DNA of 63,700 bases, the filler included, from Acetivibrio sp. (GTDB lineage: Bacteria; Bacillota; Clostridia; Acetivibrionales; Acetivibrionaceae): assembly GCF_035371925.1 (NCBI RefSeq). It is 3 parts of 3 records of this genome, joined end to end, with 100 filler letters (N's around TTAATTAATTAA, not from the genome) between each part and the next. Parts side by side here need not be neighbours in the genome. Positions count along the whole stretch, not along the records: positions 49,121 to 63,700 come from NZ_DAORXT010000071.1; 2 more parts are not named here. The stretch is one strand, 5' to 3'. This document shows, piece by piece, positions 50,008 through 60,279 of the stretch. The translations under genes were made by a program, and so were the position numbers. How positions within the stretch are numbered: the first letter of the stretch is position 1; every line of letters begins with the position of its first letter. A model generated the notes under the pieces. It searched no databases. It had not been told where the DNA came from and saw only the letters and a list, made by a program, of their open reading frames with translations.

Positions 50008-50340
50008 TTATTTCAATTCGTCAGGAATTTCGGTTACTGTATCTGCTTTATATAAAGTATAAACTGACATTATTACATCGTAATATTCTATAATCCATTC
50101 ATCGGATGAAAAACCTTTTACCTCAAACACTTTATGCTTTTTGTCACCATCAACGATTCCTATTTGCTTACCTCTGAGCGAATCTTTGGGCAACGCACTG
50201 TAAAAAGTATAAAGTATACTTCCCCGTTGCAACTTTGACCCGCTGTTAAGTTCTTGGAAATTTTCATACTCTTTAGCGGTACAAGAAGAAAATAAAGTCA
50301 TCAACAAAATGATAACCAACAACAAAGATAATTTCTTCGT
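50008..50340 (-). CDS. Small lipoprotein
   Basis: Lipobox FSSC; the RBS-spaced codon is ACG at 50340. Confidence 0.7.
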   Translation of the reverse strand, partial: TKKLSLLLVIILLMTLFSSCTAKEYENFQELNSGSKLQRGSILYTFYSALPKDSLRGKQIGIVDGDKKHKVFEVKGFSSDEWIIEYYDVIMSVYTLYKADTVTEIPDELK

Positions 50341-50370
50341 AACCAGTCACTCCCTTTTAACTTTAATAAA

Positions 50371-50802
50371 TTATATATTAGAAATCTCCATATATATTTC
50401 AGGATTCTTTACATTTTCAAAACCGAACTTCCTATAGAATTCATGTGCGTCTTTTGTAACAAGACACCAGCGTCGCAGATTTTGCAAATCCGGATGATTT
50501 AAAACACATTCCATGAGCCATTGACCCAAACCTTTGCCCCTGTATCCTTCATCAATAACAACATCACATAAATATGCAAATGTAGCGCAATCAGTTATAA
50601 CTCTTACTAATCCTATCTGTCTTTCATTATGGAATAGTGAAAAACACAAAGAATTTTCTAATGATTTAATTATTATATCCCTTGACCGATTATTTGCCCA
50701 GTATGTCCTTGAAAGTAACATGCAGATAGAATCAATGTCTATCCTTTCAAAATCCGTAGTAATATTAAAGTCTCCCTTTTTATGATTAACTATCTGATAC
50801 AT
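50371..50802 (-). CDS. GNAT acetyltransferase
   Basis: TYWA, RVITD..FAYLCDV and YRGKGLGQWL motifs. Confidence 0.92.
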   Translation of the reverse strand: MYQIVNHKKGDFNITTDFERIDIDSICMLLSRTYWANNRSRDIIIKSLENSLCFSLFHNERQIGLVRVITDCATFAYLCDVVIDEGYRGKGLGQWLMECVLNHPDLQNLRRWCLVTKDAHEFYRKFGFENVKNPEIYMEISNI

Positions 50803-50845
50803 TTTACTCCCACCTTCCTTTTTTCCTTACCGAGGTATCCTTAAT

Positions 50846-51117
50846 TCACATGGAACACTCGCCTGACATAATCCGCAACATGCTGATTCTAACTGAAAGC
50901 ATATCGTACAGGATACTGCAATAATCGGCTAGTGAGTCAGGAAGTAAAATAATGCACCGTGGTCCCCTTTCATGGTCTCTTGATAATTCATCGTCATTGC
51001 CAAGAACATCAGAACCCCAGCCTATTAGAGCAGCAGCATGACTGTTGGCGACTTGTGGCAGATTATCATTAATTAAAGTTCATTGTAATATGCTCTTGAT
51101 AAATCTAAACCTTTCAT
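50846..51117 (-). pseudogene. Frameshifted, truncated DUF4037-like gene
   Basis: MKGLDLSRAYYNE then, in a shifted frame, HAAALIGWGSDVLGNDDELSRDHERGPR; early stop. Confidence 0.65.
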
Positions 51118-51253
51118 TCTTACTTCTCCGAACTGAATTTAACCATATTATACCATGTAATATAATATAGTTTCATTATATGGTACATTTATATTTTCAA
51201 TTATAATTGGAATATCTTCCAGTTTATATATCTTCGTATTATAATTTCATGTA

Positions 51254-51721
51254 TTATCCGATATATTTTGCTAAGAATAAGCAGGGATTTTCTTCGTTCC
51301 AAAATAAAGGGAATACTTCTAATGGATAAAACCCATTCTTTCGATAAAACGCTCGTGTACGTTCATATGGTTCATATTCTGCCGAAGAATCAAGAGTTTT
51401 TACTGTAATGAACTTATATCCTCTTTCTCTGCAATAACTTTCAACAGCAGTCAACATAGCATGACCTACACCTTGCCTATGATATTCTTCTAATACACCT
51501 AAATTGTACATTTCAACTGTATATTCATTATGTACTTTCAAAGCAATAAATCCAATCACATTGCTTTCGTCAAAGGCAGCAAAGAACGGCATTTCTCTAT
51601 GTAAAATGGACTTTTTTACTATATCCTCTGGTGGACTAAACCACTTTGGCAATGAATTCATAACTTTAAGTGTAATGCTTGTTTTTAAGTCCTTATCGAT
51701 TATTTTCTCAACTTTAAACAT
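51254..51721 (-). CDS. GNAT acetyltransferase
   Basis: LPKWF, GVLEEYHRQGVG, VKTL, YERTRAFY and WNEENPC motifs. Confidence 0.92.
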   Translation of the reverse strand: MFKVEKIIDKDLKTSITLKVMNSLPKWFSPPEDIVKKSILHREMPFFAAFDESNVIGFIALKVHNEYTVEMYNLGVLEEYHRQGVGHAMLTAVESYCRERGYKFITVKTLDSSAEYEPYERTRAFYRKNGFYPLEVFPLFWNEENPCLFLAKYIG

Positions 51722-52002
51722 ATGTATTTCCTCCTATATCAAAACTATCTTTACTACACAATATTCTACAGATGTGTACCATATACCTTTATTTTACAAC
51801 ATACGACCTATAAAAACATCCGCTTTTCGCTCATTTCCTTTCTATTTTATATACTCTTATCCTCATACTTGTATCAAGAAATATGGTTAAACCTTTAATA
51901 CACTCCAAATTCTCTTGGTTTTCTTGGTTGCACAATTCTAAATTTCCGTTTCTGTTACGTACCCTAAATCTACTCGACAACATGAAAATTTATTTTAAGA
52001 AT

Positions 52003-52065
52003 AACTTTATTTTATTTATAGAACAACTTTATTATCACAGAGTCAACTTTATTATTTTTATAACA
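52003..52065 (-). mobile_element. Inner Tn7-like transposon end
   Basis: TGT-N9-AATAAAGTT with further AATAAAGTT sites 20 and 22 bp apart. Confidence 0.65.
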
Positions 52066-52563
52066 TCTTCCTTATTCCTTATCCCTAAAAATCCACACCC
52101 CTAACTATGTATATTTAAAATAAACTCCGCTCCAAACCAACACCCCTCAACCCCTTATCCCTTCTTGCCTTGAACCCACTTCCCTATTTCTTTCCAGATA
52201 ATAAAGTCCGCTCGAAAATTCCTTAATTTAATTCCATTTATTAACACTTTTTCCTTAATTCTTGTAATAATTTTTTAAATAAAGTCGGTTCCGAACAGGA
52301 ATATGTTGAAAGGGAAAAGGGGTAAGGTTGCATTTTCTCATGTGCTTTTTCTAATCTTTTTATCAATCATAGTGTCAATAATTTCTCTCAATACTATAAT
52401 CAATACTTTCCTCAATCCCTTTAATATCAATACATTTAGCCTTATTTCTTACTCCTTAACCCTAACAATCTTAATCCTTACACCTTATCCCTCTCTCCCT
52501 AAAAATCAAAAACCCCGCAGCAAATGAAGATTTCTCTTGCATCTGCTACGGGATTTTGGAACG

Positions 52564-52623
52564 AACTTTATTTTTACAGAGCGAACTTTATTTTAATGGA
52601 GTCAACTTTATTTGAATTATACA
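52564..52623 (-). mobile_element. Tn7-like transposon end at the glmS attachment site
   Basis: TGT-N8-AATAAAGTT with three sites at exact 20-bp spacing, starting 24 bp past the glmS stop. Confidence 0.82.
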
Positions 52624-52647
52624 TTTTATTTATAATTGCACCTTCAT

Positions 52648-54471
52648 CTACTCAACAGTCACACTCTTTGCAAGATTTCTCGGCTTATCCACATCGCAGC
52701 CTTTCTGCAGGGCCATATAATATGCAAATAACTGCAGAGGTGTAACCGCCACTATCGGAGCAATAAGCGAATCAACATCCGGTATGGCAACAACCACATC
52801 GGCAACCTTAGAAACCTGCTTGTTGCTCTCCTTCGCTATTGCAAGAACAACCGCTCCCCTGGCCTTTACCTCCTTGATATTGCTTATCATTTTCTCTACA
52901 AGATTGTCTTGGGTCATCGGGCAAATCACCAGTGTGCCCTCTTCGATAAGGGCAATGGTACCGTGCTTCAATTCCCCTCCGGCATAGGCCTCCGAGTGAA
53001 TATACGAGATTTCCTTGAGCTTCAGTGAGCCCTCCATGGACAGAGCATAATCAAGACCTCTTCCGATGAAGAAAATGCTCTTTGCATTATAATGCTGCGC
53101 CGCAAACTTCTGTATTGTGTCTTTATTCGCCAATACCTTCTCTATTTCCCGGGGAATCGCCCTAAGTCCTTCTATTATATTGCTGTAATATTCTTTGTCT
53201 ATCCTGCCAAGTTTATAAGCAAAATCCAGGGCTATCAGGTACAATGCCGAAAGCTGTGTGTTGTATGCTTTTGTCGAAGCTACGGCAATTTCCGGTCCCG
53301 CCCAGGTATAAAGAACATTATCCGATTCCCTCGCAATCGAACTTCCCACAACATTCACAATGGACAGAACCTTTGCTCCCTTCTTCTTTGATTCTCTTAG
53401 AGCAAACAATGTGTCAATGGTCTCACCGGATTGACTTATTATAATTACCAAATTTCTGTCACCTACAAGGGGGTCCCTGTACCTGAACTCCGACGCAACA
53501 TCCACTTCCACAGGAATCCTTGCCAGCTTTTCTATTATATATTTTCCGACAACTCCAGCATGATATGCGGTACCGCATGCGACAATGAAAATTTTGTCTA
53601 TGTTCTTTAAATCTTCAGCAGTAATTTTTATGTTGTCCAGTACTATATTACCGTCCTTTATTCTCGGACTTATAGTGTCTTTTACCACTTTAGGCTCCTC
53701 ACACATTTCCTTCATCATGAAATGCTCATAGCCTGATTTTTCAGCCGCAGCGACATCCCAGTTTACCTTGAATACCTTCTTTTGTACTATCAATCCGTGA
53801 TTATTGTATACCGTGACTTCCTTGTCGTTTAAAAGTACAATTTCTTTATCCTCCAGAATATATACATCCCTTGTGTACTCAAGTATTGCCGGAATATCGG
53901 ATGCTACAAAATTCTCACCTTTTCCAAGTCCCACCACAAGAGGGCTGTCTTTTCTGGCAGCAACAAATTTGTCGGGACAATCACTGCAAAGCACTCCTAA
54001 CGCATAAGAGCCTTCTATTTCATTTATGGAGTTTATAACAGCCTGAACAATGTCGCCGTGATAATGGTAATCTATAAGCTGTGCCACAACCTCGGTATCG
54101 GTTTCCGATATAAATTCATAGCCTTCCGCTTCAAGGAATTCTTTTATCTCCATATAGTTTTCGATTATACCGTTGTGAACAACCGCAATTTTACCGGAAT
54201 TGCTTATATGGGGATGGGAATTGAGGTCATTAGGCTCACCGTGGGTAGCCCAACGGGTATGGCCTATGCCAATATTCCCCACCGGCATGCCACAATTTAC
54301 CTTTTCCTCCAAATTTGCAAGCCTTCCTTTGCACTTTACCACTTTAATATCATCATTGTCTAAAATTGCCACTCCGGCTGAATCATAGCCCCTATACTCA
54401 AGCTTTTTAAGGCCATTCAAAAGTATAGGCGCTGCGTTTTTACCGCCTACATAACCAACTATTCCACACAC
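52648..54471 (-). CDS. glmS: Glutamine--fructose-6-phosphate aminotransferase
   Basis: MCGIVG, EYRGYDSAG, GHTRWATHG, SQSGET and DKPRNLAKSVTVE motifs. Confidence 0.99.
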   Translation of the reverse strand: MCGIVGYVGGKNAAPILLNGLKKLEYRGYDSAGVAILDNDDIKVVKCKGRLANLEEKVNCGMPVGNIGIGHTRWATHGEPNDLNSHPHISNSGKIAVVHNGIIENYMEIKEFLEAEGYEFISETDTEVVAQLIDYHYHGDIVQAVINSINEIEGSYALGVLCSDCPDKFVAARKDSPLVVGLGKGENFVASDIPAILEYTRDVYILEDKEIVLLNDKEVTVYNNHGLIVQKKVFKVNWDVAAAEKSGYEHFMMKEMCEEPKVVKDTISPRIKDGNIVLDNIKITAEDLKNIDKIFIVACGTAYHAGVVGKYIIEKLARIPVEVDVASEFRYRDPLVGDRNLVIIISQSGETIDTLFALRESKKKGAKVLSIVNVVGSSIARESDNVLYTWAGPEIAVASTKAYNTQLSALYLIALDFAYKLGRIDKEYYSNIIEGLRAIPREIEKVLANKDTIQKFAAQHYNAKSIFFIGRGLDYALSMEGSLKLKEISYIHSEAYAGGELKHGTIALIEEGTLVICPMTQDNLVEKMISNIKEVKARGAVVLAIAKESNKQVSKVADVVVAIPDVDSLIAPIVAVTPLQLFAYYMALQKGCDVDKPRNLAKSVTVE

Positions 54472-54564
54472 AACTACCTCTCCTTTACATTTTTGTGTCT
54501 TTCTGGATAAAACATTATAAAAGACAATAGAAGTGGCTAATATATTAGACAGGAAAATTCACCC

Positions 54565-54725
54565 AGATCCCTTTTGTTCTGCAGTTGCCTGCAGTTTTTG
54601 TAGGACCCTGACGGTCGTGACAACCGGAAGGTTTCCGCCGAAATTTCGATAACTCACCGATTGCAGAAATTATCGGTGACCTCCTTCTCCTCGTCCACGC
54701 GTTAAAACGCGTGCTGGCGCTTTAT
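54565..54725 (-). ncRNA. glmS ribozyme-riboswitch (GlcN6P)
   Basis: A/GCGCCAG cleavage site at 54721/54720, GACGAGG and TTATCGAA...TCGGCGGA core motifs, P4 region, located in the glmS 5' UTR. Confidence 0.93.
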
Positions 54726-54910
54726 TTTTATATTGAATTCATTATGGCTTAAATCTTTACCCTCCTTTCATTGCCCATAATGAACAAGATTTGCCTGTCT
54801 AAAAGTTCTTTAACCCCTTATTTATACAACAGCAGGCGCATTATCAAGAATAACGCCATGCAGTGCAAGCGATTCAAGTTATCATTAATATATATTTCTT
54901 CTATATAAAT

Positions 54911-56260
54911 TTATCCAAGTCTCTCTTCTATAACTTTTGCAAGCTCAACAGCTCTTTTTGTTATATAATCCTTGTCTTTACCCTCTATCATAACTCTGAC
55001 AAGGGGTTCTGTTCCTGAAGGTCTTATAAGCACCCTTCCCTCGTCGCTAAACTCATTCTCAAGCTCTTTACACTTGCTGCATATAACTTCATCCTCAAGA
55101 TATTTCTCTTTGTTTTGATTTATTACACGGGCATTGATCAACACCTGCGGCAACACCTGCATTATTGAGGCCAGCTCCGAAAGCTTCTTTCCTGAAGACT
55201 TCATAACACTAAGAAGCTGTGTTCCAGTAAGAATCCCGTCCCCTGTAGTGTTATGCTCAAGGAAAATAATATGGCCGGACTGCTCGCCGCCTAAAATATG
55301 CCCGTTCTCAAGCATATTTTCCAGAACATATCTGTCCCCTACTTTTGTCTTGACTATGTTAATACCTTCTCTTTTTGCCATTATATCAAGCCCGAGATTG
55401 CTCATAACAGTGGCAACAATTGTATTATTTGAAAGCTTCCCCTGCTTTTTTAACTCAAGACCGATTATTGCCATAATTTGGTCACCATCAACCAAGTTGC
55501 CGTTTTCATCAACCCCAAGCACCCTGTCGGCATCCCCGTCAAAGGCAAGCCCAACATCAGCTCCGCTTTCAACGACAAATTTCTGTAATTGTGCAATATG
55601 AGTGGAGCCGCAGTTTCTATTTATATTTACACCGTCGGGCTCGTTGTTGATAACACAGACATCCGCACCAAGTTCAAAAAAAGCAATCGGTGCCGCCTGA
55701 TATGCCGCTCCGTTTGCACAGTCAATTGCCACTTTAAGTCCTTTTAAGTCTCCTCTAACGGTACTTTTAATAAAGTTTACATAGTCATCCAAAGATGACT
55801 CAATTTCAACTTTCTTTCCTATTTTTTCTCCGGTAGGAAGCTCGATTTTTTCCGAATTGTCAAGAATTATGGCTTCTATCCTCTCCTCCAAAGCGTCGGA
55901 AAGTTTATAGCCTTTGTTGTTAAAGAATTTTATTCCGTTAAACTCATAAGGATTGTGGGAAGCGGAAATTACTACACCGGCATCGGCATTGTAATGTCTT
56001 GTAAGATAGGCAACCGCGGGAGTGGGCACTATTCCAAGGCATACAACCTCTGCCCCTACCGAACACAATCCTGCAACTAAAGATGCTTCCAGCATATCTC
56101 CCGATATCCTTGTGTCCATGCCCACCAATATTCTTGGTGTGTGCTTTGTTTCCGCAGTAAGTACATATGCTCCAGCCTGACCCAATTTATATGCAAGGTC
56201 GGCGGTTAATTCCAAATTGGCTACTCCTCTTACTCCATCAGTACCAAATAAACGACCCAA
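54911..56260 (-). CDS. glmM: Phosphoglucosamine mutase
   Basis: [29 protein letters not shown] and RPSGTEP motifs; TTG start probable. Confidence 0.97.
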   Translation of the reverse strand: MGRLFGTDGVRGVANLELTADLAYKLGQAGAYVLTAETKHTPRILVGMDTRISGDMLEASLVAGLCSVGAEVVCLGIVPTPAVAYLTRHYNADAGVVISASHNPYEFNGIKFFNNKGYKLSDALEERIEAIILDNSEKIELPTGEKIGKKVEIESSLDDYVNFIKSTVRGDLKGLKVAIDCANGAAYQAAPIAFFELGADVCVINNEPDGVNINRNCGSTHIAQLQKFVVESGADVGLAFDGDADRVLGVDENGNLVDGDQIMAIIGLELKKQGKLSNNTIVATVMSNLGLDIMAKREGINIVKTKVGDRYVLENMLENGHILGGEQSGHIIFLEHNTTGDGILTGTQLLSVMKSSGKKLSELASIMQVLPQVLINARVINQNKEKYLEDEVICSKCKELENEFSDEGRVLIRPSGTEPLVRVMIEGKDKDYITKRAVELAKVIEERLG

Positions 56261-56460
56261 TACTTTCATCCCCCTAAATTATTAAACATGTTTGTATTGC
56301 AATTAAATGTTTCAAAACAAATATACATATAAACTCATAATAACTATATTATATTATATCGATCAAGTAAATAGCAAAAACCATTTTATGTCATCCAACA
56401 CCTAAAATTTCAGGCAATACACCTATATATTAATATATTATTTATATTATTCAAATACTG

Positions 56461-58053
56461 CTACTCATATGAATAAGTACTTATTATTCTCTCTGCAATT
56501 CTAATGCCGTCAACCGCCGCACTCACAATCCCTCCGGCATATCCGGCACCCTCACCGGCAGGATACAAGCCCTTTATCCCAATTGCCTCAAGAGAGTCAC
56601 CCCTTGGAATCCTGACAGGCGACGAAGTCCTGGTCTCAACCCCTGTAATAACAGCATCCTTCATTCCAAAGCCTTTTATTTTGGAATCAAAACAGGGTAT
56701 GGCTTTCTTTATTGAATCTGTCACAAAAGATGGAAGGCACAAATGAATATCGGAAAGATTTGTTCCTCCGGTATAGCTTGGTTTGACTATTCCTAAGAAA
56801 GTTGACTTTCTTCCCTCTACAAAGTCCCCAAGCCTCTGTACCGGTGCCCAATTGCAAGAGCCGCCCGCAGCAAAAGCCAGCTTCTCCCACTTTCTTTGAA
56901 AATCAATACCGGCAAGAGGATGTCCACTTCCGAAATCTTCCGGTTCCACCGATACCACAAGGGCACTGTTGGCGTTTTCCCTGTCCCTTGCAAATTCACT
57001 CATTCCGTTTGTCACAATCATCCCCGGCTCCGATGCCGATGCCACAACAATACCTCCCGGGCACATGCAAAATGAGTACGCAGTCCTGTCCCCTATTTTT
57101 TGAAACAGCTGATAGTCTGACGCTCCAAGCTTGGGATGCCCTGCTGCTTCGCCATATTGGGCTCTGTCAATCACTTCCTGGGGATGCTCAATCCTGACCC
57201 CTATGGAAAAGGGCTTTTGTACAAATTCAACACCTTTGTCCAAAAGCATCTTGAATGTGTCTCTTGCACTATGACCTATTGCAAGGACCGCAACATCGCA
57301 AGGTATTTCTTCTTTGTCATTTACTATAATTCCGCATATTTTCCCGTTTTTAACAATTATTGATGTGACCTTCGAATTAAACCTTACTTCTCCGCCGTAT
57401 TCAATTATCCTGTTGCGCATATTTGAGACTACTCTTTTTAACACATCAGAGCCTATGTGGGGCTTTGCCTTGTAGAGAATTTCTTCATGAGCCCCGGATT
57501 TATAAAATTCTTCCAAGACAATACTGCAGCGTCTGTCATTTATCCTGGTGGTAAGCTTTCCGTCTGAAAAAGTTCCGGCACCGCCTTCTCCAAACTGTAC
57601 GTTAGTTTCGGGGTCAAGCTCGCCGGCCTCCCAATACCGGTTAACAATTTCCGTGCGCTTTTCAACGCTTTCTCCTCTTTCGAGAATCAAGGGCCTATAG
57701 CCGTTTTGAGCCAAAATAAGCCCTGCAAACAGACCCGCAGGTCCTGTACCTATGACCACCGGTCTGTTTTCAAGTCTTATGCTGCCGGGAACTAAAACGT
57801 TTTCACTTTCTTGTTGTAAAATCTGGATGTCTGCGCTTTCCTTTATCTTTACTTTACCTTCAATTTCAAGCATTACAGAATAGACAAAACTGATGAAAGG
57901 CTTTTTCCTTGCATCAATGGATTCTTTTACTATCCTAAAATGCTTAAAGTCTTTTTCATTTACTTTAATTTTTTTTGAAACAAGTTTTTTCAAAACTTCT
58001 ATATCATCATCCAAAGAAAGCTTTAAATTTCGAACAATTAACTTCATCTGCAC
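56461..58053 (-). CDS. NAD(P)/FAD-dependent oxidoreductase
   Basis: IGTGPAG, QFGEGGAGTFSDGKL, FCMCPGG and GEGAGYAGGI motifs. Confidence 0.9.
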   Translation of the reverse strand: MQMKLIVRNLKLSLDDDIEVLKKLVSKKIKVNEKDFKHFRIVKESIDARKKPFISFVYSVMLEIEGKVKIKESADIQILQQESENVLVPGSIRLENRPVVIGTGPAGLFAGLILAQNGYRPLILERGESVEKRTEIVNRYWEAGELDPETNVQFGEGGAGTFSDGKLTTRINDRRCSIVLEEFYKSGAHEEILYKAKPHIGSDVLKRVVSNMRNRIIEYGGEVRFNSKVTSIIVKNGKICGIIVNDKEEIPCDVAVLAIGHSARDTFKMLLDKGVEFVQKPFSIGVRIEHPQEVIDRAQYGEAAGHPKLGASDYQLFQKIGDRTAYSFCMCPGGIVVASASEPGMIVTNGMSEFARDRENANSALVVSVEPEDFGSGHPLAGIDFQRKWEKLAFAAGGSCNWAPVQRLGDFVEGRKSTFLGIVKPSYTGGTNLSDIHLCLPSFVTDSIKKAIPCFDSKIKGFGMKDAVITGVETRTSSPVRIPRGDSLEAIGIKGLYPAGEGAGYAGGIVSAAVDGIRIAERIISTYSYE

Positions 58054-58063
58054 CTCGTAAACT

Positions 58064-59272
58064 CTAATTCGCTGTCTTTTTTACACTGATTTTTACATCA
58101 TAGTTTTCCATGAGATTTACAGTGTCGGGTATAACCACATTAAGCGGCCTTCTATGCTCACCTTCCGAAAGCCCGTTTACATCAACACTAAGCCTGAGAT
58201 TTTCAGGCGCTATTTTGCTCAGCTCTTGCCTCGTACCGGTCAGGGTTATTCTAATAACTTCATCTAAGATTTCATACTTAAGCGAATTATCCCTTGCATT
58301 ATCAAATGCAATGCTTTCTTTGCCAAAAACAAATTCCCTTTCTGCCAGCTCCTCAATAACCACATCGACATAAACACTTATTGGAGTATCTACAAGCCGA
58401 ACTCCCTCCGGCAGAACAAGATTTACAATTTTAGTCATACTTTCCGATATGTTGTCGATATCAATTGGTGCGGTCTTCAAATTGTCAATCTGGCTGATAA
58501 TATCAGAAGGCCCCGAAATCAACGCCTTTTCCGGTACAACCCTGTGTATGCCGTCGGTGTAATTCTTTGCCGGTCTTCCCCTTACAGCCGGCACTATAGA
58601 TACTTCTTTTGCAATCTCAATGCTGATATCCACGCTTATCTTTTTATCCAATTCAACTATTTTCTCGCCTTCCTTGTTGTAAACCACGCACTCCTTGTTT
58701 ATAACAATGTCATTGCTGAGATTGTCCACATCAACATAAGCCCTGACCTCACCAATGGAATTTATTATTTCATCAGAAGCTTCAATTGAAACCATAGCCG
58801 GTACCGCATTGGCCCTTACCACCTGGTAGCTCTCCTTGGGCTTTCCTGTGGGAACCACCTTTACAGGAAAAAGATTTTCACCCATCTTTTCAAGCTCTAT
58901 TTCCACAACCCTGGGGGTTACTCCCTGAAAAGACACGCCATCCTTATTGGTATAAACATTAATATACAAAAATTGTGTATTGACATCCTCCACCTTTGAA
59001 AGGTCAACAATTGCCTCTATGTCATTTAGACCTATGTTATTAAAAGCATTTTTTCTCCCCTTTAAACTGACGGAAACATTCCTCGGAAAGTTCTCATTCT
59101 TAATCATTATTCCCTTTTCTTTAAGAGAACTTTCATTTTCTATTTTTAGCGGAACATTCAATTCAACCCAGGTCACCGGATTGGAGCTGTCCAAAACAAC
59201 AAACCAGAGAAATACAGCAAAAAATACGGATATTATCTTTAATGTCAAGTCCTTCTTTAATAGCTCGTTCAT
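58064..59272 (-). CDS. cdaR: CdaR (YbbR-domain) regulator of diadenylate cyclase
   Basis: N-terminal anchor (AVFLWFVV) with repeated YbbR domains; overlaps the cdaA stop. Confidence 0.88.
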   Translation of the reverse strand: MNELLKKDLTLKIISVFFAVFLWFVVLDSSNPVTWVELNVPLKIENESSLKEKGIMIKNENFPRNVSVSLKGRKNAFNNIGLNDIEAIVDLSKVEDVNTQFLYINVYTNKDGVSFQGVTPRVVEIELEKMGENLFPVKVVPTGKPKESYQVVRANAVPAMVSIEASDEIINSIGEVRAYVDVDNLSNDIVINKECVVYNKEGEKIVELDKKISVDISIEIAKEVSIVPAVRGRPAKNYTDGIHRVVPEKALISGPSDIISQIDNLKTAPIDIDNISESMTKIVNLVLPEGVRLVDTPISVYVDVVIEELAEREFVFGKESIAFDNARDNSLKYEILDEVIRITLTGTRQELSKIAPENLRLSVDVNGLSEGEHRRPLNVVIPDTVNLMENYDVKISVKKTAN

Positions 59273-60153
59273 TTTGCCTTCACCTTCCATATCCCTAGTT
59301 TCTTGCTCGGATTTTCTTTATCCAAAAGATTTTTGCTTAAAGCCTTTCTCAAAGTATCCGGGGTTAAGTTCCTGGTAAGTCCGCCGTTTAAAGCAACAGA
59401 TATTCTTCCCGACTCTTCCGAAACCACTACAACAATTGAATCTGAGACTTCGCTTATTCCTAATGCAGCCCTGTGCCTTGTCCCCAGCTCCTTGCTAAGA
59501 TTCGAATTTTCCGTAAGGGGCAGAAAACATGCCGCCGCCTTTATTTTGTTGTCCCTGATTACAACAGCACCGTCGTGCAGAGGAGTATTCGGCGTAAAAA
59601 TATTTATTAAAAGCTCGGAAGTAACGTTCGAATCCAGACCGATTCCCGAATTGATAATCTCCCCCAGCTTCGTCTCTCTTTCAATTACAATAAGTGCTCC
59701 TGTAAAGGTTCGCGACATTTCTGTCACAGCCTTTATTATTTCTTCAATAAGTGATTTTACTTTAATGGTCCTGTCCTCTTCTTCAAAGCTGAGAAGATTT
59801 CTAAACCTGCTCCTTCCCAACTGCTCCAGTCCTCTTCTAAACTCAGGCTGAAACAGTACCACAAGTATTATTGCCATATACTCTATAGTAAGCCTCAGTA
59901 TAAAGGAAAGGGTCTTAAAACCGATCAACTCGCTGATTCTGGCCGCAAACACAATAACAAGAATACCTTTTATAAGCTGCCACGCCCTAGTTTCCCTTAT
60001 CAGCTTAATCAATTTGTATATTACAAAAGACACTATACCTATATCTATAATTGTCTTTATCAAATCCCAAAGATTATTAATATCTAAATTTGTAGATAAA
60101 TTTACTATAATATCCTTTAAATTTGATCCTATTGTTCCTAATAAAAAGTTCAT
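59269..60153 (-). CDS. cdaA: Diadenylate cyclase CdaA
   Basis: Three TM helices, QPEFRRGLEQLG, PLHDGA and LGTRHRAA motifs. Confidence 0.96.
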   Translation of the reverse strand: MNFLLGTIGSNLKDIIVNLSTNLDINNLWDLIKTIIDIGIVSFVIYKLIKLIRETRAWQLIKGILVIVFAARISELIGFKTLSFILRLTIEYMAIILVVLFQPEFRRGLEQLGRSRFRNLLSFEEEDRTIKVKSLIEEIIKAVTEMSRTFTGALIVIERETKLGEIINSGIGLDSNVTSELLINIFTPNTPLHDGAVVIRDNKIKAAACFLPLTENSNLSKELGTRHRAALGISEVSDSIVVVVSEESGRISVALNGGLTRNLTPDTLRKALSKNLLDKENPSKKLGIWKVKAK

Positions 60154-60279
60154 CGGAAAACCTCACTCTGCATGTCAAGGTTAAAAACTTCCCATAAGAG
60201 AATTATAACTTATTTCTAAATAAATGTAAGCTTTTTTTAATTAAAAATATAATTAATAATTGATTACAAAAAAATTATT

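Noticed and set aside
49650..51900. Integron cassette array suggested by GNAT density
   Set aside because: No attC-like inverted core sites or integrase seen.
51883..52745. Plus-strand ORFs 51883-52104, 52303-52527 and 52524-52745
   Set aside because: Low-complexity frames produced by pyrimidine-rich transposon-end DNA; no RBS or motifs.
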